Of a DNA stretch of 64,000 nucleotides, positions 54,889 to 64,000 are shown piece after piece. The position numbers and the translations under genes are program-made. The stretch covers positions 98 through 64,097 of the forward strand of contig JBBISH010000020.1 of NCBI GenBank assembly GCA_037441385.1, in the 5' to 3' direction. The DNA comes from Myxococcales bacterium (GTDB lineage Bacteria > Myxococcota_A > UBA9042). How positions within the stretch are numbered: position 1 is the stretch's first letter; each line of letters begins with the position of its first letter. The notes below the pieces were generated by a model. It did no database searches. It saw nothing but the letters and a program-made list of their open reading frames with translations, and had not been told where the DNA came from.

Positions 54889-57800
54889 GCGCCGCACCAC
54901 CAACTGCCGCCGCGCAGCGACCGGCCGCTACCAGAGACGCACACGGGATCCCACGCGGTAGAGGCCGAGGTGTTGTAGAAGGTGGCGCTGTAGAAATCCT
55001 CTGTCCATTCGGCGACGTTGCCGGTTGTCCCGTAGAGGCCGTAGCCGTTGGCCGGGAACGAGCGCACTGGGCAGGTGGCGGCCCAGCCGTCGCTCCAGGT
55101 GGCAGAGACCGTGCTGGGCATGGTGGGATAGGCCTTTTGGCCGGTCACGTCGCACAGGTTGCCGGTGATGTTGCCCGGCGGGAAGTTGTTGCTCCACGTG
55201 TACTTGTTCAAGAAACCGCCGCGCTGCGCGACCTCGAACTGGCCCTCGGATGGGATGCTGGCCGTCATGCTGTTGGGCGTGATGTAGTTGCAGTAGTCCA
55301 GCGCCATGCTCCAATTGACGCAGTTGACCGGGTGGTCGTAGCGGTCGGTGCGCGGGCCGCTGCTGAGCCAGTTGGGCGCGTTGGGGTACTTGACGTTGTC
55401 GCAGCCGCTGGTGACGTCGGTGGTGTTGGGGGCAGGGCACTTGCCGGCCTGCACGCACTTGAGGTACTGCGCCACCGTGACCTCGGTCGCCAAGATTTGG
55501 AACGAGTTGAAATTGGCGTTGTGTTGCGGCTTTTCGTCGGCCACGCACAACGCGTCGCCACTGATGCAGCCCAGCGTGTACGTGCCCTTGGCTACGGTGA
55601 CCCAGTTGTTGCCGTCGACCGCGACTGCCTTGCCGTCTACGCACAGCTGCCAATCGGCGGCCCAGGTGGTGTTGTTGGCCACGGCGGGGTTCTGGCACTT
55701 GCCGCTGACACACGCGTCCGAGGTGCAGGCGTTGCCATCCGAACAATTGACCCCGTTGTCGACGGTGCCATCGCAGTTTTGGTCGTAGCCGTCGCAGGTC
55801 TCGCCCACTGGCGTGACTTGGCCGGTGCAAGCGCCAAAGCTGCCGCCGCTGCAGGTCTGCTTGCCGTACTTGCACAGGCCCTTGCCCACCGTGTTGGCCG
55901 GGCCGGTGTAGCAGTCCTTCGAGAACGTGTTGTTGACGTGGCCACAGCCCTTGATGGTGTCGCAGGCGTCGTTGGTGCACTCGTTGCCGTCGTCGCAGTT
56001 GACCACGCCGTAGCTGTTGCAGGTCCACTTGCCGCCCACGGTGGCGCAGGCATCGCCGGTAGTGCAGGCGTTGTTGTCGTTGCAGGTTGTCAAGTTGCTG
56101 TGTTTGCAGCCGCCCTTGACGTCGTCGCAACTGTCGGCGGTGCATTGCTCGCCGTCGTCGCAATTGACGGTCGGGCCGGGTACGCAGGCCATGCCGTTGC
56201 ACTTGTCGCCCTGGGTGCACGGGTTGTCGTCGGTGCACGGGCCTTGGTTGAGCAAGTGTTCGCAGCCGGTTTGCGGATTGCAGCTGTCGGTCGTGCACAC
56301 GGTCGCGTCGGTGCAGGCAGCGGGCAAACCCGCTATGCAGTTGCCGTCTTTGCAGGTGTCGCCTACCGTGCAGGCGTCGCCGTCGGTGCAAGGCTGGTCC
56401 ACGTTGGCGTGCATGCAGCCGGCGGTGGGGTCGCACGCGTCTACGGTGCATGCCTTGCCGTCGTCGCAGGAATTCGGCTTGCCGGCAATGCACTTGCTGG
56501 CCCCGCACCCGTCGCCGACCGTGCAAGAGTTGCCATCCGTGCACGTCGCCTCGTTGGCCAAGTGCACGCAGCCGCCGGTGGGGCTGCACGCGTCGTCCGT
56601 GCAAGGGTTGCTGTCCTCGCAGCTGACCTTGCCGCCAGTGCAGACGCCGCCTTGGCAGGTGTCGTCGGCGGTGCAGGCAGTGCCGTCGTCGCACGGAGCC
56701 TTCTCGGGCATCACCGAGCCGGGCTTGTCTTTGCACTTGTAGGGCGCACTCACCTTGTCGCAGTAGCGGATGCCGTTGCAGGGCTCTTTGTCCAGGTCCG
56801 GGCAGTCGCTGTCGGTCAGGCAATCGCAAAACGGCGTACCCGATACGCAAGTGCCCTTGCCGTCGCACGTATCGCCCTGGGTGCACGCGTTGTCGTCGCT
56901 GCAGGGGGTCTGGTTCTTCAGCGGCTGCGGTTGGCATTTGCCGCTCTCGACCATGCACGTGTTCTTGGTGCACTCGGTGTCGAACGCGGTGGGGCAGGTG
57001 ACCACGGTGGCGGGATTGACTTCGCAGGCCTTGGTGAGCTTGTTGCAGTAGAGCGTGCCGTTGCATGGGTTGCCGTCTTCTTTGACCGCGCAGTCCTGGT
57101 CGACTTGGCACTCGCACAGGGGCGCGTCGGCGACGCACACGCCCTTGACGCAGACGTCGTTGGGGGTGCAGGCCGAGTTGTCGGCGTTGCACGGGGTGGC
57201 GTTGGGCAACCAGGTCGGCTTGCACGCGCCGGTCAGCTTGTCGCACAGGTTCTTGGTGCAGTCGGTGTCTGCGGCGGACGGGCAGTTGACGATGGTAGTG
57301 GGGTTCAGCTTGCAGGTGGCGGCGGCTTTGTCGCAATACATCACGCCGTTGCACTTGTCGCCGTCTTCTAGCTTGGCGCAGTCGCTGTCTTGCTTGCAGG
57401 CGCAGACGTTGGCGCCCGCGCTGGCCTGGCAGGCCCCTGAGTCGCAGGCCTCGCCTTGGGTACACGGGTCGCCGTCGTCGCAGGATTTGCCATCGTTGAC
57501 GGGCAACAGCAGGCACTGACCCGTCTTGGGTTGGCACTGATTCTTGGCACACAGGGTGTCGTCTACGGTGGGGCAGACCACCACGGTCTTGGGGTTGATG
57601 GCGCAGGCGGCCAGGGCTTTGTTGCAGAAAAGCGTGCCGTCGCACAGGTTTTGGTCGTCGACCTTGGCGCAATCGGCGTCGCTCAAACAGGGCGCCGTGT
57701 CGGTGCCGGCGGTGCAGACACCGTTGTCGCAAATGTCGCCCACCGTCCAGGCGACGCCGTCGTCGCAAGCGGTGCCAGTCGGCGCCACGCCCAAAGCGCA

Positions 57801-58565
57801 GCCCGCGCCGCCTTCGGGCAAATCCTCGACGCAAAGCGTGGGTTTGCACGGGTCGCCCGACGGCGCGCACTTGATCACGCTGGCCAAGTTGGTCACGCAA
57901 GCCGAGGAAGCGCCGGTCTTTTTGCAGTACTTGAAGCCGTTGCACGCCAGGGATCGTCCTTTGGCGGCGCAGTCGGCGGTCGTCAGGCACTCGCACTCCA
58001 GGGCAAGGCCGCCGGCTTGGCACTGGCCTTGGCTGTCGCATTTGTCGCCCGCTGTGCACGGCTCGCCGTCTTCGCAGGCCTGGCCGGGTGCCAGCGTGTG
58101 CTCGCATACACCGGTGGTGGGATTGCACGAATCCAAAGTGCACACCGCGCCGTCGTCGCACGATGGGCCACAGTCCAAGGCCGGGGCATCGCCGATCTCA
58201 TCGGCCGTGGCTTGATCGGCTGCGGCGTCGGCTGCGGCGTCCATTGCCTCGGCCGCATCACTTGCGCTGGCGTCATCCGGGCCGTTGTCCGCTTGGACCG
58301 GAATGTCCGCGGGGCTGTCGGTATCGGCCGCCACGTCCGGGCCCGCGTCTTCCGCGCCTTGGTCGCCGGTCGCGTCCGGCCCATTGGTCGGCCCCTGGTC
58401 GCCGGTCAGCCCGCCGTCGGGGGTGCCGCTCACCGTGTCGCCAGCCCCGGTCGCGTTGCTGGCGGTCGCCGCCCCACCGTCACTGCAACCAGGCAAAGCC
58501 CACAGCACGAACAGCGCCGCGAGCAAAAGCCGTTCCCCACCACGATGAAAGTGCACCGTCGCCAT
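54792..58565 (-). CDS. Large Cys-rich lipoprotein with CDDGNxCT repeats and C-terminal FGE-sulfatase-like domain
   Basis: AGGAGG RBS before ATG 58565; lipobox LPGC; many Cys repeats; TEVTVAQY, HPVNCVNW, GNVAEWTED, LRGGSW, GFRCVK. Confidence 0.88.
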   Translation of the reverse strand: MATVHFHRGGERLLLAALFVLWALPGCSDGGAATASNATGAGDTVSGTPDGGLTGDQGPTNGPDATGDQGAEDAGPDVAADTDSPADIPVQADNGPDDASASDAAEAMDAAADAAADQATADEIGDAPALDCGPSCDDGAVCTLDSCNPTTGVCEHTLAPGQACEDGEPCTAGDKCDSQGQCQAGGLALECECLTTADCAAKGRSLACNGFKYCKKTGASSACVTNLASVIKCAPSGDPCKPTLCVEDLPEGGAGCALGVAPTGTACDDGVAWTVGDICDNGVCTAGTDTAPCLSDADCAKVDDQNLCDGTLFCNKALAACAINPKTVVVCPTVDDTLCAKNQCQPKTGQCLLLPVNDGKSCDDGDPCTQGEACDSGACQASAGANVCACKQDSDCAKLEDGDKCNGVMYCDKAAATCKLNPTTIVNCPSAADTDCTKNLCDKLTGACKPTWLPNATPCNADNSACTPNDVCVKGVCVADAPLCECQVDQDCAVKEDGNPCNGTLYCNKLTKACEVNPATVVTCPTAFDTECTKNTCMVESGKCQPQPLKNQTPCSDDNACTQGDTCDGKGTCVSGTPFCDCLTDSDCPDLDKEPCNGIRYCDKVSAPYKCKDKPGSVMPEKAPCDDGTACTADDTCQGGVCTGGKVSCEDSNPCTDDACSPTGGCVHLANEATCTDGNSCTVGDGCGASKCIAGKPNSCDDGKACTVDACDPTAGCMHANVDQPCTDGDACTVGDTCKDGNCIAGLPAACTDATVCTTDSCNPQTGCEHLLNQGPCTDDNPCTQGDKCNGMACVPGPTVNCDDGEQCTADSCDDVKGGCKHSNLTTCNDNNACTTGDACATVGGKWTCNSYGVVNCDDGNECTNDACDTIKGCGHVNNTFSKDCYTGPANTVGKGLCKYGKQTCSGGSFGACTGQVTPVGETCDGYDQNCDGTVDNGVNCSDGNACTSDACVSGKCQNPAVANNTTWAADWQLCVDGKAVAVDGNNWVTVAKGTYTLGCISGDALCVADEKPQHNANFNSFQILATEVTVAQYLKCVQAGKCPAPNTTDVTSGCDNVKYPNAPNWLSSGPRTDRYDHPVNCVNWSMALDYCNYITPNSMTASIPSEGQFEVAQRGGFLNKYTWSNNFPPGNITGNLCDVTGQKAYPTMPSTVSATWSDGWAATCPVRSFPANGYGLYGTTGNVAEWTEDFYSATFYNTSASTAWDPVCVSGSGRSLRGGSWWCGAAGGATLYRASYRGTHTVEGTVGTANGFRCVK

Positions 58566-58875
58566 GCGACCTCCTGCGGCGCGAACGCCGCACGCACCGG
58601 ATGCAAACCTGTTCGGTTTGCAGCATGTCTGGGGTGCAATGGTGGCGAGGCCGCGGACCAGCGGCAATGCCCCGCCGGGCACGTGCCGTCACAGGTATGT
58701 AGACACACTGGTCCAGCCGCGGCCGCAGTCCCGTGGCCCTGGCGCAGACCCAAGGCCTTGCCTTGGATCGCAAGCGGCGTTGGCTGTCGTCGCTCTGTTG
58801 CCTTGGCCCTGGGCGGTGGGCTGTCATCTAGGGTGGGCTGTGGATGCGCTGGCTGGCCCAGTCCGATCCGCAGGG

Positions 58876-59523
58876 CTACTTGGACAGCATGACGTGCATG
58901 GCGTTCTGCGAGCCCATATTTCCAGTGCTGTGGTAGCCCAGCGCGCCCAGGTCGATGCCGGCCAACAGGGGCTCGCCGCGACCCAAAATCTGAGGCGTCA
59001 CCGCCAGGTGCAGTTCGTCGATCAGGCCGGCGAGCAGGTACTGACGCACGGTGGCCGGGCCGCCGCCGATGCGCACATCCTTGTCGCCCGCTGCCGTCTT
59101 GGCCTGCTCCAGGGCAGAATGGATGCCGTCGGTGACGAAGTAGAACGTGGTCCCGCCCGCCATCACCAGCGGCTCGCGCGGGTGGTGCGTGAGCACGAAT
59201 ACCGGCACATGGTAGGGTGGCGTGTCACCCCACCAACCCTTCCAGCTGCAGTCACCCCAATCGCCGCGCACGGGCCCGAACATGTTGCGCCCCAGGATCC
59301 ACGCCCCCAAGTTGGCAAAGCTGCGGATGGCGAACTCGTTGTCCAAGTCTTCGCGACCGGGAGCGTGGGGATCTCCTTGCATGCCCTGGAACATCTTGGT
59401 GCCCAGGACCCACTGGTGCAGGGCCATGCCGCCCACGCCCATCGGATTGTGCAGGGCTTGGTCTGGACCGGCGCCAAAACCGTCCAGCGACATGCCAAAT
59501 GCGTTGACCCTGACCTTGCCCAT
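58876..59523 (-). CDS. Dihydrofolate reductase-family (RibD C-terminal domain) protein
   Basis: SLDGFGAGP, ILGRNMF, PVFVLTH, KDVRIGGG, AGLIDELHL; GGAGG RBS. Confidence 0.92.
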   Translation of the reverse strand: MGKVRVNAFGMSLDGFGAGPDQALHNPMGVGGMALHQWVLGTKMFQGMQGDPHAPGREDLDNEFAIRSFANLGAWILGRNMFGPVRGDWGDCSWKGWWGDTPPYHVPVFVLTHHPREPLVMAGGTTFYFVTDGIHSALEQAKTAAGDKDVRIGGGPATVRQYLLAGLIDELHLAVTPQILGRGEPLLAGIDLGALGYHSTGNMGSQNAMHVMLSK

Positions 59524-59571
59524 CGTTCCTCCGTGCCTTATCGGTTGCCTACTCTGCCGCCGCGTCGAATG

Positions 59572-59747
59572 GCCCTTACCCCCGGCCTACGGCCGACCCC
59601 TCTCCCACTGAAGTGGGCGAGTGGTAAAGGGAAATTGCATTGCCCCTCGCCCAAAGCGTTGGGAGTCCCCGCGGTGAGCGAAGCGAACGAGTGGCGCCAG
59701 CGGCGCCGGGAGAGCGGGGCGGCCGCCGCAGGCGGCGGAGTGAGGGC
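59572..59747. repeat. Intergenic REP-like palindromic cluster (CCCTCTCCC / GTGAGGG type)
   Basis: GCCCTTACCCCCG...CCCCTCTCCCACTGAAGTGGGCGAG at the left and CGGAGTGAGGGC at the right, with internal hairpins. Confidence 0.5.
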
Positions 59748-59933
59748 TAAGTGCCGCGGTTCGCACAGGTTTCCAATACACTTGGGGTGCTAGTAGCTAT
59801 CCAGCCAGGCAGGCGTTCCTCCGTGGTCGCCGCCGTGCCGGCGCTGCTGCTCCGTGCACTGGGATGTGGATCGGATCAAGACGGCAGTGGCTAGGTCCTG
59901 GAGACGACTGCGGATCGGACGTCGACTGGCGGC

Positions 59934-61304
59934 CTACAAATCGCCGATGCTGCCCACTTCCACGCCGCTGGCCAGGTCGAACACGCGCAGCTTGCTGGCA
60001 AAGGTGCCCACGGCCGCGTAGACCCGCTTGGGCGACACCAAGAAGGCGTGGCCGGCAAACGAGTCGGTGTAGCTGTCTTTGTTGGCGATGGATTTGGCCC
60101 ACAAGCGCTTGCCGCTGGCGGCGTCAAAGACCACAAGCTCCACGTTGCCGGACTGCAGCGGCACGACCTCGACGTACTTGCCGTCGACCAAATCGGCCAA
60201 CCGTGTGGCCGAAGGCGTGCTGTCGCCATGCTCGGACGGGCTGGCTTGCCAGTGCACCTGCTGGTCGTCGAGCGTGACGCCGTACAGCCGGGCATAGGCG
60301 GTCCCCGGTGATTTCTCGGCCTGCACTACGCCCAGGTTGTCTTGGACCAGCATCAGCCGCGCCCGCGTGCCGTCGAGTTTGGGCGCCGCCGACGTGCCTG
60401 CACAGCTGGCAACCATGGAATTTTGCGACATGTGGCAGTGGATGTTGCCTGCGCCGTGCTCTGGCTTCTGGCACCAAGCGGGACGCCCGGCGGGGGTCGC
60501 AGTGCCTTTGCTCAGGTCCAGCAGTTGGTGATTCTCGTCGTTGAGCTCGACCCAGGCCTGCTCGGGGTTGTCGGGGCTGGCACAGGCGCGCTCGGGCTTG
60601 TCGGTCAGGGCCAGCTCGGCCACCGTGGCGCCGGTTTTGGGCTCGACGATGCGCACTTGCTGGGTCTTCTTGTTCAGGACCAGCACCTTGCTGCCGGCGA
60701 CCTGCAGAAGAACTTGGGCATTTTCGGCAGGGAACTGCGGCGTCTGCCAAAGCAGGTGCATATCCTTGCCGTCAAAACCGGCCAGCACCCAGCGATCGTA
60801 GTTGGGCTTGACCGCGCCCACCACGTCTTCGACCCCGTCGCCGGTAAAGTCCAGCACCGCCGGTGCCGTCATCGACCAGTTCAACGACGCCCCCGCGACG
60901 GCCGGCCCAAGCTTGCGCAAAAGCTGAACTGCGCGGTTGGGTTGCAGGTTCGGCCCGCCGGGTTGGCCGTTGGCAGCCGCTTCGTCCCCGCCGGGCTGAG
61001 ACATCAGGCTGTAGGCCGCGACCATCGCCCCGGCAGCCCCAAGAAAGATAGTCCCTGCCACAATCAACAAAGCTACCGGCGCGCCTCGGCGCTGGGGCGG
61101 CGGCAGATCCCCGGGCAGCGGACTCGAACGCGGAACCCTGGGGCCCGGCTGCATATCGCTGGGCGGGAGCGAATCCGCTGGCCGCGGCTGGCCCGCAGCC
61201 TGACCAAAGCGCGTGTAGACTGCAAAGCGGGTCCCACAGGCCAGGCAGGTGTTCACCGAGCCGGAACCGGGCGGCACATCTTGGCCGCATTGGGGGCAGA
61301 ACAT
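59934..61304 (-). CDS. Double zinc ribbon, TM, PQQ-like beta-propeller protein
   Basis: MFCPQCG...CLACG; one TM; propeller blades FDGKDMHLLW, FDAASGKRLW, FDLASG; GAGG RBS before ATG 61304. Confidence 0.75.
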   Translation of the reverse strand: MFCPQCGQDVPPGSGSVNTCLACGTRFAVYTRFGQAAGQPRPADSLPPSDMQPGPRVPRSSPLPGDLPPPQRRGAPVALLIVAGTIFLGAAGAMVAAYSLMSQPGGDEAAANGQPGGPNLQPNRAVQLLRKLGPAVAGASLNWSMTAPAVLDFTGDGVEDVVGAVKPNYDRWVLAGFDGKDMHLLWQTPQFPAENAQVLLQVAGSKVLVLNKKTQQVRIVEPKTGATVAELALTDKPERACASPDNPEQAWVELNDENHQLLDLSKGTATPAGRPAWCQKPEHGAGNIHCHMSQNSMVASCAGTSAAPKLDGTRARLMLVQDNLGVVQAEKSPGTAYARLYGVTLDDQQVHWQASPSEHGDSTPSATRLADLVDGKYVEVVPLQSGNVELVVFDAASGKRLWAKSIANKDSYTDSFAGHAFLVSPKRVYAAVGTFASKLRVFDLASGVEVGSIGDL

Positions 61305-61456
61305 GGGGCACCTCGCTGCACTGGCGGCACCGGCAAGTGTGCGCCGAATGGGCGGCTGGGGGCAAGGTGGTTCGGGGATGGTGTAGTACGCCAAATCTCA
61401 AGTTCGTTCGGGGGTGCAGTCGTTGGCGTACTACCTGCGCTACCGGTTAGCGACAG

Positions 61457-61614
61457 CAATACCAATTCCGTCCGAATCGGATCGAAAGCTCGGGCAACTC
61501 TTCGGGCCCGAACCGGGGTCCCCGCCTGATTCTTGCCAGTTGCAGAACGGGTCAGAAAGGCCGTACAAGCGCGAATCAGATGGGGTGCGTATGAGACATC
61601 GGTCAGGCTGTATA
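61457..61614 (+). repeat. Full-length copy of repeat family A followed by the family B end motif
   Basis: Aligns with 43127-43264; followed by GACATCGGTCAGGCTGTATA, also at 51166-51185. Confidence 0.9.
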
Positions 61615-61639
61615 CCTGGTGACCTTGAGCTGTCCGCGG

Positions 61640-62866
61640 CTACTCAACCGGCCGGTCCACCACCCAGGCGTAGAAGTCGCGGTCCGTCTGCACCATGTGC
61701 TTGACCACCACTTCGCGGGCCAGAAACTCGGCCAGCACACCAAACTGCGTCTGACCATTGGCTACATCGCTCCGCAGCGCCACGGCGCGCTCCACCAGTC
61801 GGGCATGGGCGCGGGCGTGGGCTTCGGCGTGGGGATAGCCCTTGGCGTGCAAGATCGCCTCTTCGTTGGCAAAGTGCTGGACGACATGCGCCAGCAGGCG
61901 GTCCAAGGCGCTCAGCAGCAACGCGGCCTCGCGGTCGGCCAGGCCCGTATCCAGCACCCGGTTGGCCAGGACCAGCAAGCGTTCGTGATCCTGGTCGATC
62001 TGAGCATTGCCGCACGCATATTCCTCGCGCCAGACCAACTCGAGCATTCCCACGGTGTTGGGCGGGGGCGTCTTGGGATCCACCCGCGCGGCGTTGCGAC
62101 CGGCCTCTTTGGCCAGATATACCTGCGCGTCGGCCCGGTCGAACCACACCGCCTGGCTCTCGCCGGGCAGAAACTGCGCGCCACCAATGCTCAACGTGAC
62201 ATGCAGGCCCGCTGGCATCTCCGCCCGATCCACTTGCCGGCGCAGATCCTCGGCCAGCAGGGCTACGGCGTGACTGCCACTGAAGGTCGCTAGCACCGCG
62301 AACTCGTCGCCGCCCCAGCGCACTACCCGGTCACCGGCACGGCAGCGCTGGCTGAGAATCGTCGCCACGGCCTGCAGAACCTGATCGCCCACCGCGTGGC
62401 CAAATTCGTCGTTGACGTGTTTGAAGCGGTCGACATCGATGAACAACAGCGACAGCGGCTGGCGGTGGCGCTCGGCGCGGGCCATCTCGGCGTCCACGGT
62501 CTGATCGAAGAAGCGGCGATTCCACAGCCCGGTCAAGGTGTCGCGGAATGCCTGCCGCTCCAACTGCCGGACTTGCTCCTGCAGAGCCCGCAGCTGAACC
62601 GGCAGGCCATCACCGGGCACGAGCTGCAGCCAGAAGCCAGAGTCCGAGGGGGACGCCAGCACCTGCATGGCCACCTCGTCACCTACGGTCGTGCGGCCCA
62701 ACACCCGGCCCGCGCCGCTGCCCGCCAGTTCCACATGCTCGGACCCCGGCTGGAATTGCAGCATCCAACTGTCGGTGCGAAAGGCGACGGCCAGCGACTG
62801 GTCGCACCAGGCGAGGGGCGCCGGGGCGCTGTGCAGTGAGTCGATGAAATGAGGCGGCAATTGCAT
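61640..62866 (-). CDS. Diguanylate cyclase with C-terminal hemerythrin domain
   Basis: DTLTGLWNRR, DVDRFKHVNDEFGH, RAGD I-site, RWGGDEF; hemerythrin W...IDQDH, HFANEE, HARAH, HMVQTD. Confidence 0.92.
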   Translation of the reverse strand: MQLPPHFIDSLHSAPAPLAWCDQSLAVAFRTDSWMLQFQPGSEHVELAGSGAGRVLGRTTVGDEVAMQVLASPSDSGFWLQLVPGDGLPVQLRALQEQVRQLERQAFRDTLTGLWNRRFFDQTVDAEMARAERHRQPLSLLFIDVDRFKHVNDEFGHAVGDQVLQAVATILSQRCRAGDRVVRWGGDEFAVLATFSGSHAVALLAEDLRRQVDRAEMPAGLHVTLSIGGAQFLPGESQAVWFDRADAQVYLAKEAGRNAARVDPKTPPPNTVGMLELVWREEYACGNAQIDQDHERLLVLANRVLDTGLADREAALLLSALDRLLAHVVQHFANEEAILHAKGYPHAEAHARAHARLVERAVALRSDVANGQTQFGVLAEFLAREVVVKHMVQTDRDFYAWVVDRPVE

Positions 62867-63061
62867 CGTTTAGAACGCGTTTGGGCTGTCCGCGCCCAGC
62901 GGAGCAAGCATGGTCCATCCGTGGCAGGCTCTGCAAGCCCGCAGTTGGGCCTCGGCCGGACTCGCGCCAAGCTGGGGGAAGCAAGTGGGCTGCCTGCGTT
63001 GCTGCGCAGGACCGCGCCGCCTATAATTGGCAGCCGCGCCGGTGCGCATAAAGCTCAAGAC

Positions 63062-64000
63062 ATGCAGAAGGTTGACTCGCCCGCTTCGTCTCGCAGCCTC
63101 ATCACCGCAGGCCTGTTGGACGGCCAGTTGGTGTCGGGCGCTTCGCTCGACTTCTCGCCGCATCAGGCGCAGTTCGAAGTACAGGAACTCGGCCGGGAGG
63201 GCAAAGGTCGTTTGATCGTGTTGAGTTGCGATGATGTCGCCTGGGTCGCTCAGTATCCGCGCCATGGGGCCAGCCCGGTCGTACCACCTGACGAAACCAT
63301 GACACTCACCATTCATGTGGCCGGTGGGCGCGCGTTTTCCGTCAAGGCGCTGGCAAGTGATCTCGCCGCCGGGCACGCATTTTGCGGCTGGCCAGCCGAA
63401 GCCAACACCTCGTGGGAGTGCATCTGGTTCTTCCCGCATGGCATTGTTGGCCGCGAGCGCCCAGAGCCGTTGGGGGCGCTGCTGATGCGGTCCAACCAAA
63501 TCTCGCCGGAGGACCTGCAATCAGCCCTGGCCAGCCAAGCGCAGCAGCGTGCCAAGCCGATCGGGCAAATCCTGGTGGAGAATCGCAAGATCGACGCGGA
63601 GGCTCTGAACGAGGCCGCGCGGCTGCAGGCCCGCAAGTCGGCTCGGCTGGGGGAAATTCTGGTCGAGTGCGGCCTGGTAAGCCAGCAAGACGTGGACGAC
63701 GCGTTGGAAGAGCAGCGGCAGAGGCGCGGTCGGCGGCTGGGCGAGATCCTGGTGGATTCGGGCCTGCTTGCTGAAAGCGTGCTTGCCGCGACCTTGGCCG
63801 AGAAATTCCGGCTGAAGTTTGTGGACCTGAACACGATTCCAACGTCTGCCGAAGCGCTCGCTGCCGTTTCGCACGACGTCATGCGCAAGTACACGGTGTT
63901 CCCCGTGGCGCTGGATGCACAGCAACTCACCCTGGTGGTCGCTGATCCACTGCAAACTGAAGTTCACGACATCCTCCGGTTTCTATTGAAGCGTCGGGTG
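63062..64000 (+). CDS. 5' part of a PilB/GspE/MshE-type protein with MshEN c-di-GMP-binding motifs (runs off the window; absent from the ORF track)
   Basis: Read by hand: open from ATG 63062 to the end; RLGEILVECGLVSQQDVDDALEEQ, RLGEILVDSGLL, then KFVDL...RKYTVFPV...LVVADPL. ATPase domain not visible. Confidence 0.82.
   Translation, partial: MQKVDSPASSRSLITAGLLDGQLVSGASLDFSPHQAQFEVQELGREGKGRLIVLSCDDVAWVAQYPRHGASPVVPPDETMTLTIHVAGGRAFSVKALASDLAAGHAFCGWPAEANTSWECIWFFPHGIVGRERPEPLGALLMRSNQISPEDLQSALASQAQQRAKPIGQILVENRKIDAEALNEAARLQARKSARLGEILVECGLVSQQDVDDALEEQRQRRGRRLGEILVDSGLLAESVLAATLAEKFRLKFVDLNTIPTSAEALAAVSHDVMRKYTVFPVALDAQQLTLVVADPLQTEVHDILRFLLKRRV

Noticed and set aside
62870-63967. Minus-strand ORFs 62870-63520, 63313-63930, 63521-63967
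   Set aside because: Antisense shadows of the plus-strand MshEN-containing gene starting at 63062.

Overview
GC-rich bacterial DNA, most likely Myxococcota (MYXO-CTERM sorting signals, an AgmX/GltJ-like protein, CDDGNxCT-repeat surface proteins). The first 28 kb is an extracellular electron-transfer region: a ResB/CcsA cytochrome c maturation operon behind a ~2680-aa surface protein carrying 19 CXXCH hemes, a divergent signal peptidase I, a sigma54 two-component pair, a B12-radical SAM enzyme, and a cluster headed by a recognisable OmcE-family tetraheme (nanowire-type) cytochrome followed by an NHL lipoprotein, a beta-barrel and four more multiheme cytochromes. Further on are Cys-rich lipoproteins, a PpiC foldase, a CHAT pseudogene, a DUF4266/DUF3570/TlpA/ApbE flavinylation operon, an ~8.1-kb insertion bounded by 270-bp direct repeats (toxin-antitoxin pair, decayed genes, structured repeats), a hemerythrin-GGDEF cyclase and the 5' part of an MshEN-containing PilB/GspE-type gene. 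The most unusual signal appears twice, in unrelated genes: an internal MYXO-CTERM anchor runs directly into a second signal peptide, suggesting polyproteins that are cut into two separately sorted envelope proteins. All family assignments come from motif recognition by eye, without database searches. No rRNA, tRNA, CRISPR array, integrase or transposase was recognised.
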